Origin: an uncultured delta proteobacterium
GTDB lineage: Bacteria > Desulfobacterota > Desulfobacteria > Desulfobacterales > Desulfosalsimonadaceae
Direction of reading: 5' to 3'
Length of the DNA stretch: 64,000 nt
Assembly (NCBI GenBank): GCA_963826785.1
Contig: CAWGYD010000006.1
Location: 160,001-224,000 of the forward strand
Under the pieces are notes generated by a model. It had not been told where the DNA came from and did no database searches. It worked only from the letters and a program-made list of their open reading frames with translations. A program made the translations under genes and the position numbers. Below, piece after piece: positions 31,567-40,616 of this stretch. How positions within the stretch are numbered: the first letter of the stretch is position 1; every line of letters begins with the position of its first letter.

Positions 31567-32463
31567 GTGGTAAAAAGAATTATCCAGATCGTCAATCTCC
31601 TGCTGATCATGGCGGCCGTATTCTTCTGCGTAAAAGTATTCTATCTTTTCGTCGAGGCCAGGCTGCAACACCTGGATTTTAAACTCGTCTCGGTCCAGCC
31701 GACGGCCGCCGCAGAGATGAAGCCCGCCGCCCGCCCGCTGTTTGCCGATTATTCCGCCATCGTTGCACGGGACCTGTTTAAAACCGAAAAGGCGATTGAC
31801 TCAAACATCCCCGAGCCGGCCGTCGACATTGACAAACTTGAACAGACCCGCTTGAATTTGAAGCTCTGGGGGACGGTGTCGCCGAAGGATCTGGCCTCCG
31901 GACTGGCCTGGGCGGTGATCGAAGACCGCAAACTCCGGACGCAGAATCTCTACCAGGTGGGGGATACGATTCAGCAGGCAAGAATAGCCGAAATATTGCG
32001 AAACAATGTGGTGCTGGATGTAAACGGCAAAAAGGAAAAGCTGACCGTAGAGGAAGAGGTTATTTCCCGCCAAAGCAGCCCCGTATCGGCAAAGATACTT
32101 CCGTCGCCCGCGCCCCGATTCTCCTCGGGGGCGCAGATTGCGCTCAAGCGCTCACAGATCGACGATGCCCTCAAAAATATCAATCAACTCATGAGCGAGG
32201 TTAAAATCAGGCCGAATTTTGAAGACGGCAAACCCGCCGGATTTATCGTGTCGAATATCGCCCCCAAATCGGTGGTCCGGGACATGGGCATCAAGAGCGG
32301 CGACATCGTGACCAGTGTCAACGGCAGGCAGATTCAATCCGCAGATGACGCCATGTCGTTCTATGAAAGCCTCAGATCCGGCGACCGGCTGTCCATTCAG
32401 CTGAAAAGGCGCGGCCGGCCCCAAACCATTGAATACACCCTTGAAGGCGAGATGCCGAAATGA
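31567..32463 (+). CDS. gspC: Type II secretion protein C-like (TM-HR-PDZ)
   Basis: LNLKLWGTV...AVIED...YQVGD; C-terminal PDZ (GIKSGDIVTSVNG). Confidence 0.78.
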   Translation: MVKRIIQIVNLLLIMAAVFFCVKVFYLFVEARLQHLDFKLVSVQPTAAAEMKPAARPLFADYSAIVARDLFKTEKAIDSNIPEPAVDIDKLEQTRLNLKLWGTVSPKDLASGLAWAVIEDRKLRTQNLYQVGDTIQQARIAEILRNNVVLDVNGKKEKLTVEEEVISRQSSPVSAKILPSPAPRFSSGAQIALKRSQIDDALKNINQLMSEVKIRPNFEDGKPAGFIVSNIAPKSVVRDMGIKSGDIVTSVNGRQIQSADDAMSFYESLRSGDRLSIQLKRRGRPQTIEYTLEGEMPK

Positions 32464-33242
32464 CGAAAGCATTCCTTTTAATCCTCAGCCTGACCGTGCT
32501 GATCTGCCTGGCAGCACCGCTGAACGCGCTTCCCCTGGTGGACGTCGAAGTCGCTGTCGGCGCCTGGCGGCAGTCGCCCAGCGGCGTGGTCTCCTATAAA
32601 TCCGATGACGAGTTCGACCTCGAGGATACCCTGGGCTACGACGATGAAACCGCATTTTTCGGGCGCCTGAAGATCGAGCTTCCCTTTCCCGTGCCCAGCA
32701 TCTACCTGATGTACTCCCCCCTGAAGTTCGAAGCGACCAGCGTCACCGATGGTTTTTACGACTTCGGCGGCATCACGGTGGTGCCGGGGATTCCTTTCTA
32801 TTCAAAGCTTTCCGCCGATCAGTATGACATCGGCCTCTATTACCGAATCCCCCTGCTGAAGCAGGCCTCCTTCAACCGCCTCAACATTGAACTGGGGATC
32901 AACACGAAAATCATCGATGCAGAAGCCGAAGTGGTCCAGGACACATTTGCCCCCATTTACGTGCTCCGGGAAACCGAGCAGGATACCCTGGCGGTGCCCA
33001 TGGCCTACCTGGGCGCCCAGTTCCGCCCGCTGCAGCGGCTCTCCCTCGAAGGGGAATTCCGGGGGCTATCCTGGAGCGACAGCAGTTTCTACAGCTTCAT
33101 CGGCCGGGTGAAGGCCGATATCTGGGGGCCCCTGTTCGCGGCCGGCGGATATCGATTCGACACCGGCGACTCCACCGAATGGGCCCTTAAATTCGATGCT
33201 GATTTCCAGGGCCCTTTTATCGAGACCGGATTCCACTTCTGA
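32460..33242 (+). CDS. Outer-membrane beta-barrel protein (TIGR04219-like)
   Basis: Signal peptide; GAWRQSPSG...DTLGYD; C-terminal FQGPFIETGFHF. Confidence 0.7.
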   Translation: MTKAFLLILSLTVLICLAAPLNALPLVDVEVAVGAWRQSPSGVVSYKSDDEFDLEDTLGYDDETAFFGRLKIELPFPVPSIYLMYSPLKFEATSVTDGFYDFGGITVVPGIPFYSKLSADQYDIGLYYRIPLLKQASFNRLNIELGINTKIIDAEAEVVQDTFAPIYVLRETEQDTLAVPMAYLGAQFRPLQRLSLEGEFRGLSWSDSSFYSFIGRVKADIWGPLFAAGGYRFDTGDSTEWALKFDADFQGPFIETGFHF

Positions 33243-33463
33243 TAAGCACATTCTTTGATACGGGGCCGCCCTGCTTTGATCCAGAGAGGGGCGAAATGCC
33301 GACCATTTCAGATTCTCCTGCCGGGCCAAATCCATTAACCCGCCTGTGTTTGCCGAAATGATACCTGTAATGAGATGATAGATCTGTTTGAAACCGCCCG
33401 GATTGTCTTTAAGCTTAAAGAACAAGGGATGGCCGGAAAAACGTTTCAAAGGATTTTTCGAAT

Positions 33464-34975
33464 ATGGCCCCAAAACAGTCCAGCCCGTTTGACGCCATCG
33501 TCGTCGGCTCCGGCTTTGGCGGATCGGTTTGCGCCGCCCGCCTGGCGGAAAAAGGGATGCGGGTGCTCATCCTGGAGCGCGGCCCGTGGTGGGGCCCCCT
33601 CAACCGAAAATTTCCGGCCAGAGACCGCCGGGAATTTCCCCGGGGGTTTTTCGGCGCCCGCAAGCTGGTGCGCAATATGCGAATCGCCGGCACCCGGCGG
33701 CGTGCCGAATGGCTGATCAACCATGACGGCCTGCTTGAAAACCACGTCTTTGAACACCTGAACGCCCTTACCGCAAGCGGGGTGGGCGGCGGCTCCCACA
33801 TCTACACGAACATTCTGGAGGCGCCCCCGGCGGAATTCTTTGCGGCCTATCCGGAAGAGATCACAGAAGCGGAAATGCGGCCCTATTTTGACCGTGTGCG
33901 GCAGATGCTCCGGCCGGCCCCGGTTCCCGAGGCGCTGGAGCGGCAGCGGGTGTTCGCAGAAGCGGTGGATGCGGCCGGATTGCCGGCTGCAAAATACCCG
34001 GACCTGGCCATCGCCTGGGGAAAGGATCCTGAAAAACCGGAAAAAGTCATCAATGCGGCCGGCGTGGAGCAGTCCACATCCACCTACCGGTGCGATGTCT
34101 TTGTGGGCTGCGAAGACGGATCCAAAACCACCCTCGACCTCACCTATGTTCCCATTGCCCTGCGCCACGGGGCAAAGCTGCGCCCCCTGTGCGAAGTGCT
34201 GTCCATCGGGGGCCACCGCAACTACTGGGTGCATTACCGCGATTACCGCAGCAAAGAGGAGCACTTCGAATCGGCCCCGAGGCTGATCCTGGCCGCCGGC
34301 GGTCTCAATACCCAGCGGCTGCTGTTCCAGGCCCGGGATTCCGCCCGCACCATGGCGAACCTGCCAAAGACCCTCGGGCACCATTTCTCCCCCAACGCCG
34401 ATTTCGTGGCCCTGCTGTGGAAAACCAGCACCATCCGGGATTCTTCCCGCGGCCCGGCCGTGGGGGCGCTCACCCGCACCGGCAGCGTCCATTCCAGAAA
34501 CTTTGACATGGGCGAGCTGGGGCTGCCGGTCGATGCATTGACGCTGCCGGAGTTCATGCGCCAATGGCTTCGGCACTCGGCATTTCTCTTTTGCATGGGC
34601 CAGGATGTTGCCACCGGAAGAATGGGGTTTGACGGAAAAGGCCTGGTCACCTCCATGGGACGGTCTTTTGACAGGCAAATCTACGATGAAATGGAATCGT
34701 CGGTTGCACTCGTGGCCGGCCACTACAAGGCCCGGCGGCTGGTTCCTAATTTTCTTTCGGGCAGGGGACCGGAAGGGCTCTTCACCGTCCATCCCCTGGG
34801 CGGCTGCTCCATGGGCGCAAGCCCTGAAACAGGATTTACCAACCACATGGGCGAGGTATTCGGCCATCCCGGGCTTTACGTCGCCGACGGCTCGCTCTAT
34901 CCCAGATCCCCCGGGATCGCCCCCAGCATGACCATCGCCGCCCTTGCCGAACGCCAGGCCAACCTGATGGAATAA
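33464..34975 (+). CDS. GMC-family oxidoreductase (cholesterol oxidase-like)
   Basis: VVGSGFGGSV, LERG, GVGGGS, TVHPLGG, GLYVADGS, PSMTIAALAER. Confidence 0.88.
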   Translation: MAPKQSSPFDAIVVGSGFGGSVCAARLAEKGMRVLILERGPWWGPLNRKFPARDRREFPRGFFGARKLVRNMRIAGTRRRAEWLINHDGLLENHVFEHLNALTASGVGGGSHIYTNILEAPPAEFFAAYPEEITEAEMRPYFDRVRQMLRPAPVPEALERQRVFAEAVDAAGLPAAKYPDLAIAWGKDPEKPEKVINAAGVEQSTSTYRCDVFVGCEDGSKTTLDLTYVPIALRHGAKLRPLCEVLSIGGHRNYWVHYRDYRSKEEHFESAPRLILAAGGLNTQRLLFQARDSARTMANLPKTLGHHFSPNADFVALLWKTSTIRDSSRGPAVGALTRTGSVHSRNFDMGELGLPVDALTLPEFMRQWLRHSAFLFCMGQDVATGRMGFDGKGLVTSMGRSFDRQIYDEMESSVALVAGHYKARRLVPNFLSGRGPEGLFTVHPLGGCSMGASPETGFTNHMGEVFGHPGLYVADGSLYPRSPGIAPSMTIAALAERQANLME

Positions 34976-35048
34976 AGAAGTTCACAGCGGTCATCGCAAA
35001 CAGACGCCTGGCAAGGATCTGCGCGAATTTCGAGGGGCCCCATTATCA

Positions 35049-35186
35049 TTTCCGCCGTGAGTGGAACCCACAACCGATTCCCCCCCGTGAGTGGAACCCA
35101 CGACACCCCCCAGCCCCCCTCGAGGGGGGAATTTTAATTAAAAATTATTAGTTAATCCCCCCTTGAGGGGGGCAGGGGGGTGTCCC
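35049..35186. repeat. REP-like pair plus a short direct repeat between convergent genes
   Basis: CCGTGAGTGGAACCCAC twice; CGACACCCCCCAGCCCCCCTCGAGGGGGGAAT and an inverted copy overlapping the 3' end of the aldo/keto gene. Confidence 0.75.
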
Positions 35187-36429
35187 TCCCACCCAAGAAC
35201 CCCAAATCAAAACCCACCACCCCCGCCCCTACAACGTCCCGCTTCAAAAACTGCTTCGCCATAGCCCGCGCTTCCTCGAATTTTTCCCCTTCCAGTTCCG
35301 CGGCCACATCTTCCAGCAAATCCGGAATGGCAAGCCCCTGGGGGCATTTCTCCAGGCATTCCCCGCACTGGACGCACTGGGAGGCCAGGCCGGGCTCATC
35401 ATAGAGGACGGCCCCCAGGCGGGCGGCATAGCTGAACAGTGCGCTTTGCGCATCCTTGAACATATGCAGGTTGTTGTACACCTCAAAGCAGGTGGGGATG
35501 TCCACACCGGAAGGACAGGGGGCGCAGTATCCGCAGCCGGTGCAGCCCACTTTCAGCAGCTCCCGGTATTTCTGTGCCACCCGGTCCACCAGTTCAAGCT
35601 CGCGGGCCGAAAGCGAATCGGGCCGGGCCTGGGCCGCGACCGCCAGGTTCTCCTCCACATGGGCTTCTTCATTCATCCCGGACAGCACCAGGGTGACCTC
35701 CGGATGGTTCCACACCCACCGCAGGGCCCATTCAGCCGGCGTGCGCGGATGTTTCGCCTCCTCCCACAGGGCCGCCACCGGCTCCGGGGGCGTGGGCCGG
35801 CTCAGAAGCCCGCCCCGCAGCGGCTCCATGATGATCACGGCCAGGTCCCTTTCCGCGGCATACTGCAGCCCCTCCGTGCCGGCCTGGTTTTGCGTATCCA
35901 GAAAGTTGTACTGAATCTGGCAGAACTCCCAGGGCCGTCCATCCACGATCCGCTTGAAATCCGGCAGCCGGCCATGAAAGGAAAACCCGGCATTTCTGAT
36001 CCGCCCGTCCGCCATGGCCCGGTCCAGAAACTCCATCGCCCCGAACTGTTCAAGCCGGTCCCACAGCGGCCCGTTGAGGCCGTGGAGCAGGTAATAGTCG
36101 ATGTGGTCCGTGGCCAGCCGATCCAGCTGCGCATCCAGGTATTTGTCCATGTCCGCCCGGCTGGTGATGAGCCAGGAAGGCAGCTTGGTGGCGATCCGCA
36201 CCTTCTCCCGGTACCCGCCGGCCAGGGCCCGCCCCACAAAGGGCTCGCTCGCCCCGGCATGGTAAGGCCACGCGGTGTCCAGGTAATTCACGCCGTGGTC
36301 AATGGCATGGCGGACCTGCGCGCCCGCCCGCTCCTCATCGATCTTCCCGTCCTTCATGGCCAGGCGCATGCACCCGAACCCCAGAATGGAAAGTTCATCT
36401 CCGGTTTTGGGGACTTTTTTGTAGAGCAT
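35152..36429 (-). CDS. Aldo/keto reductase with C-terminal 4Fe-4S dicluster
   Basis: LGFGCMRL, YLDTAWPYH, IATKLP, CQIQYN, CTGCGYCAPCP, CVQCGECLEKCPQ. Confidence 0.92.
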   Translation of the reverse strand: MLYKKVPKTGDELSILGFGCMRLAMKDGKIDEERAGAQVRHAIDHGVNYLDTAWPYHAGASEPFVGRALAGGYREKVRIATKLPSWLITSRADMDKYLDAQLDRLATDHIDYYLLHGLNGPLWDRLEQFGAMEFLDRAMADGRIRNAGFSFHGRLPDFKRIVDGRPWEFCQIQYNFLDTQNQAGTEGLQYAAERDLAVIIMEPLRGGLLSRPTPPEPVAALWEEAKHPRTPAEWALRWVWNHPEVTLVLSGMNEEAHVEENLAVAAQARPDSLSARELELVDRVAQKYRELLKVGCTGCGYCAPCPSGVDIPTCFEVYNNLHMFKDAQSALFSYAARLGAVLYDEPGLASQCVQCGECLEKCPQGLAIPDLLEDVAAELEGEKFEEARAMAKQFLKRDVVGAGVVGFDLGFLGGRDTPLPPSRGD

Positions 36430-36652
36430 GGAAATTCTCCGGTTTAGAAAAATTGTAAAATATAAAGCGTTCCTGAAATTTGGGGCTTAATTCGCTTTTT
36501 TTCAACACCCTGTCCATCTTCGCCCAATTTCAGGAACTCTTCCGTCGTGGTCCGCCAAGGGTTCCGTTTTTGTTTGTCTGAAGATTCCAATTCGTATATG
36601 ACAAGACGTATCAAAAATTCTGGAACAACTCAAAACAAAGGGCCGAACAAGG

Positions 36653-37531
36653 ATGAATGGAGTTCAGATAAACGAAATACTGGATGCATTTAAAAACAAT
36701 GATGGCATTTACAAAAAGGCCGAGGTCGACGCCGCAATCTCTTTAAAAGACGAAATCACCCCGCACCTGATCCGGATACTGGAAAACGTGCTGGCCCATC
36801 CGGAAACCTCTGCGGAAGACGATAATGCATTCGATCACATCTATGCATTTATGCTTCTGGGCCATTTCAGGGAAACCGCAGCGCATCGGGTCATCATCGA
36901 TCTGTTCAGCCTGCCGGACGACATGCCAGGCAAATTGTTCGGGGATCTCGGAACGGGTTATCTGCCGAACATACTGCCGGCAACCTGCGGCGGATCATTA
37001 GAACAAATCAAGAAACTGGCCGAAAACCGGAACGCGAATGTCTATATCCGGGCCAGCGCGCTTCAAGCCCTGACCTATGCCACTGCGGCCGGCATGGCAG
37101 ACCGCATGGATATTCTTTCCTATTATGAAAGCCTGTTCACCGGCGACGAAGCCGATAGGGATTCTGATTTCTGGAGCTTTATGGCTATGTATGCCCATGA
37201 TCTCCATCCGATTGAAATCATGGATTCCATCGATCGCGCCTATGAGCAGGGATTGATCTTTTCTGGAATGATCGCGCCTGAAGATTTCAAGAAAGCTGAG
37301 GCCAGAAATTCGGAAGAGTGCATGGAGCGGCTGAAAGAAGAATATGAAGAGTTCTTTGGGGACATTCACGATATCATGGGGCGATGGTCATTTTTCGGCG
37401 GCAATGCTGGATCATGGGAACCCACTCTGTCGGCAAATCCCCGACAATTTAACAAACCCGCCAAGAAGAAAAAAGCGGACAAAAAAAAGCGGAAAATGGC
37501 CAAATCTTCAAAACGGAAAAACCGCAGATAG
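36653..37531 (+). CDS. DUF1186-like protein
   Basis: EITPHLIRILE...YAFMLLGHFRET...YIRASA; basic C-terminal tail. Confidence 0.7.
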   Translation: MNGVQINEILDAFKNNDGIYKKAEVDAAISLKDEITPHLIRILENVLAHPETSAEDDNAFDHIYAFMLLGHFRETAAHRVIIDLFSLPDDMPGKLFGDLGTGYLPNILPATCGGSLEQIKKLAENRNANVYIRASALQALTYATAAGMADRMDILSYYESLFTGDEADRDSDFWSFMAMYAHDLHPIEIMDSIDRAYEQGLIFSGMIAPEDFKKAEARNSEECMERLKEEYEEFFGDIHDIMGRWSFFGGNAGSWEPTLSANPRQFNKPAKKKKADKKKRKMAKSSKRKNRR

Positions 37532-37601
37532 GCGTTTGCTGGCTCTCTCGCATGGCGGCCACCGCCTCCGGAGGTGTGAGCCTGGCTCAGCAGCCCGCCC
37601 G

Positions 37602-37794
37602 CAAAGGGCTCGCTCGCCCCGGCATGGTAAGGCCACGCGGTGTCCAGGTAATTCACGCCATGGCCAATGGCATGGCGGACCTGCGCGCCCGCCCGCTCCT
37701 CATCGATCTTCCCGTCCTTCATGGTCAGGCGCATGCACCCGAACCCCAGAATGGAAAGTTCATCGCCGGTTTTGAGAATTTTTCGGTACAACAT
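37602..37794 (-). pseudogene. Duplicated 5' fragment of the aldo/keto reductase gene
   Basis: 193-bp direct repeat of 36237-36429, about 11 mismatches by eye. Confidence 0.9.
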
Positions 37795-37811
37795 CGGATT
37801 TCTCTTCATAT

Positions 37812-38594
37812 TTAAAATTTCGAAAATCGTACATTTCGATGATATGTCAAAAATTCAGTATCGGGCAAAAACCGATAAGGAAGTTTGATTTGTTTGTTTT
37901 CATAGGCCAAAAAATAGCTCTCAACAACCGCTTTGTCCATGTCCTCTTTAAGCCTTTTCGAAACAAGAAGATTGTAATCATTGGTAAGACTGATCAAACC
38001 TTTGTCGAAGGCTTTATCATGAAGCGCATTTAGGCATAATCCATTCCTCGGATTCAATCTGTTTTTTTCGTCTTCCGCCCATGATTTTATATGGCTCGCG
38101 ATTAACAACTCCGGAACAGAAATTCCTGTAATACAGCATTTGAAAGAATAGGCAGAAAGAATATTTTTTCGAAAAAAGGCTTGATTTACTCTTGCCTTGA
38201 CAATTGTTTCACGGTCTAATCCCTGAGTAGGAAGATCATCAATACAAATTTCTGCTGATTTCTCTAAAGATTCATTTCGATATTCAGCCATCAACTTTTC
38301 GCTCTCAAACCCAAGTTCTTCCCAGTTCTCATAAAATTCATTCCAAATTTTCCTATCCATTTTACTGCAATTCTTTGCCCCTGAAATTCCTCTTGCTTGC
38401 AAAGAAGGATCTAAACTTGCAAAATTACAGAGCTTCCAAGAAACAGCGGATGGAGTTCTATCGATCATTTTCGCTAATCCAATTATTTCAGGATTTCGAT
38501 GATCGATCTTTCCAAAAGGAATCTTGCAATACTGATTTATTGCAAGAATGAGTTCATTTCTTGTCCAAAGAGACTTGGCCATAGATTTGCTCAT
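37812..38594 (-). CDS. HNH endonuclease (type IV restriction-like)
   Basis: WTRNELILA...RTPSAVSWKLCNFASLD; CCITG...IASHIKSW...NGLCLNALHDKAFDKG. Confidence 0.85.
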   Translation of the reverse strand: MSKSMAKSLWTRNELILAINQYCKIPFGKIDHRNPEIIGLAKMIDRTPSAVSWKLCNFASLDPSLQARGISGAKNCSKMDRKIWNEFYENWEELGFESEKLMAEYRNESLEKSAEICIDDLPTQGLDRETIVKARVNQAFFRKNILSAYSFKCCITGISVPELLIASHIKSWAEDEKNRLNPRNGLCLNALHDKAFDKGLISLTNDYNLLVSKRLKEDMDKAVVESYFLAYENKQIKLPYRFLPDTEFLTYHRNVRFSKF

Positions 38595-39562
38595 TTCGAA
38601 AATGTGGTTTTCCTATGCCATTCCAGATTTTCCTGCGCCGGCCAGAAGGATTGATCCGCCGGCCGGAAGATGGTTCTGTCGGACAGGGTCAGAATATGTC
38701 CAGGGTAGTTCTTTTCAGTTTTCACCAGCTTTGAAACCATCACCTCATAATTGTTGCCGACGCTCATCAGGCCTTCATCGAAGGACCAGTGGCATAGCCT
38801 GCACAGGGACATGCCATTTGTCGGCAGGTCATCATAGCTTTCACTCCACGGCTTTACATGTGCCGCCTCAACAACCGTATGGCCTTCGGGCGTGAGCATG
38901 CGGATGCCGCAGAGGGCGCACCGGTGTTCATAGAGCATGACCACCGCTTTGCGGAACCCCTGATCCCTTATTTTTCTGTCCCGCGTGTCCTCTTTCCGCT
39001 CGGCTTCAAACGGGATGACTTTCTCTGAAACCTTCAGCAGATTCTGACTGTATTCATATGCTTTGATATTTACGTACCCGCATTCTGCCACCGCCGGCCG
39101 AATCTGCTCGGCAAAATGATGGTTGATGACGGCAGCCCTCAGCTGCTCCCGTGTTTCCATATGGCTAAACAGCAGGAATAGCTTTTCATCGAGCCGCGCA
39201 CCTGCGGATACTTCCCTGAGTTTTTTCATGGAGGTGATGGACTGGATGTCTATGCGGCCCTTGAAGTCCGGATTCGAAACCAGGGTAAGAATGCCGTCAT
39301 TTTGGAGGCGTGGAAACGGGTAGGCCATATTGCCGGTCGTGCCCAGCGGCATGATGGCCTGCCAGTAGAGATTGAATGTCTCTACGAGTTCGAGCGAGGG
39401 CTCAATAAAATTTTCTGTAATCAGGCCTTCCGCAAAATGGTCCATGACGGAAAGCAGCAGGAATGGCTTGTGCGGCGCCTGATAGCACGTCAGCGCGGAC
39501 CATTTGCTGCGGTTCTTGTCCGTCCGCAGACGGGTCAATTTTCGGGCGAATTCTTCGAGCAT
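38591..39562 (-). CDS. SBD-HNH endonuclease (phosphorothioate-dependent restriction-like)
   Basis: APHKPFLLLS and YPFPRLQNDG sulfur-binding-domain-like motifs; CALC...EAAHVKPW...NGMSLCRLCHWSFD. Confidence 0.8.
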   Translation of the reverse strand: MLEEFARKLTRLRTDKNRSKWSALTCYQAPHKPFLLLSVMDHFAEGLITENFIEPSLELVETFNLYWQAIMPLGTTGNMAYPFPRLQNDGILTLVSNPDFKGRIDIQSITSMKKLREVSAGARLDEKLFLLFSHMETREQLRAAVINHHFAEQIRPAVAECGYVNIKAYEYSQNLLKVSEKVIPFEAERKEDTRDRKIRDQGFRKAVVMLYEHRCALCGIRMLTPEGHTVVEAAHVKPWSESYDDLPTNGMSLCRLCHWSFDEGLMSVGNNYEVMVSKLVKTEKNYPGHILTLSDRTIFRPADQSFWPAQENLEWHRKTTFSK

Positions 39563-39578
39563 AGGGCCGCCACTCTTT

Positions 39579-40604
39579 TCAACTGAACATCATGATTTTT
39601 TTTCGCAGCTCAGCCGCCAGGCCACTGTAAACCGTCTCATTATAAATATCCAGTACCATTCGCTGATACGCCTTCACCGCCTCCTGGAAGCGAAACCATT
39701 TTGAATTTTTGTAATTTGCGGGGGAGCGCCATTCAAGGCGTATTTCATTAGGCAGATCGTAATTCAATACTTCTTTTTCTACGATGACTTCCGTCTGCCA
39801 TTGGGCCAGGCTGAAATCCGGGAGTTTTCGGCCGTTGTATTCCGGCCGCTGTGCCAGCAGGCCGTATTGCCGGATGCGGCCTTGTCTGCCCGTGTTCCAC
39901 GGGTTTTCCCGGGCCGGGCCGAAGGCCGTGGAAAAATCGCTCAGCATGGCATCGCGCTCCGCCGGGACCGGCGCTTTGTCCAGCACCGAGCAGAATTTAT
40001 CATAGAGGCGCCCGGCGGCAGACAGAAACCGCTCGTTGTTGCTGATGGTCCGGCTGCCGGGCATCAGGCGCGGGTCGGTCCAGATGTGGGCCGGCCGGTC
40101 CGGGTTTGTTTTGGCGTCCGCATGGCCGATGCTGGGAATGAGGTGATTGACAAAGCCCTCCAGGTCATTGAACGCATCCCAATATCCGACAAAGTTCTGG
40201 TGGGACCAGGTGTCCGCATAGGCGTGGGAGGCGATGCCGATCTGCATCAGGTCCCCGGTTGCAGCCGCCGCATCAAAGCATTGGTTGGCCAGCGGGCTGT
40301 CCGGGGTGGTGTTCAGGGGATGGGTCCGGCCATCTGCCCGGGATGCCGGTGGGCTGTCCGGTTCGCCGGGGATGAAATGAAAGACCGGGTAAATGCGCAT
40401 CCGGCTGTAACGGGGTTTGAGCAGGTTCATGGTCTGGCTGACGTAGTTGGCATAGTGGTGCGGCGTGCCGGGGTCGATGTCCAGGATATGGGTGTTTTCA
40501 TCCACCGCCTGGCAGGACCGGGCGATGGTGAGGGCATCCTCGAAGGGAAAGCCGGCCCGGGCGGCGGTCAGATAGGTGAGGTGATAATGAAATTCTTTAT
40601 CCAT
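39579..40604 (-). CDS. DUF6765-like protein (phospholipase C/P1 nuclease-like His motifs)
   Basis: MDKEFHYHLTY...FHFIPG...GIASHAYADTWSHQNF...IGHADA. Confidence 0.65.
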   Translation of the reverse strand: MDKEFHYHLTYLTAARAGFPFEDALTIARSCQAVDENTHILDIDPGTPHHYANYVSQTMNLLKPRYSRMRIYPVFHFIPGEPDSPPASRADGRTHPLNTTPDSPLANQCFDAAAATGDLMQIGIASHAYADTWSHQNFVGYWDAFNDLEGFVNHLIPSIGHADAKTNPDRPAHIWTDPRLMPGSRTISNNERFLSAAGRLYDKFCSVLDKAPVPAERDAMLSDFSTAFGPARENPWNTGRQGRIRQYGLLAQRPEYNGRKLPDFSLAQWQTEVIVEKEVLNYDLPNEIRLEWRSPANYKNSKWFRFQEAVKAYQRMVLDIYNETVYSGLAAELRKKIMMFS

Positions 40605-40616
40605 GTGAATGGTTTC

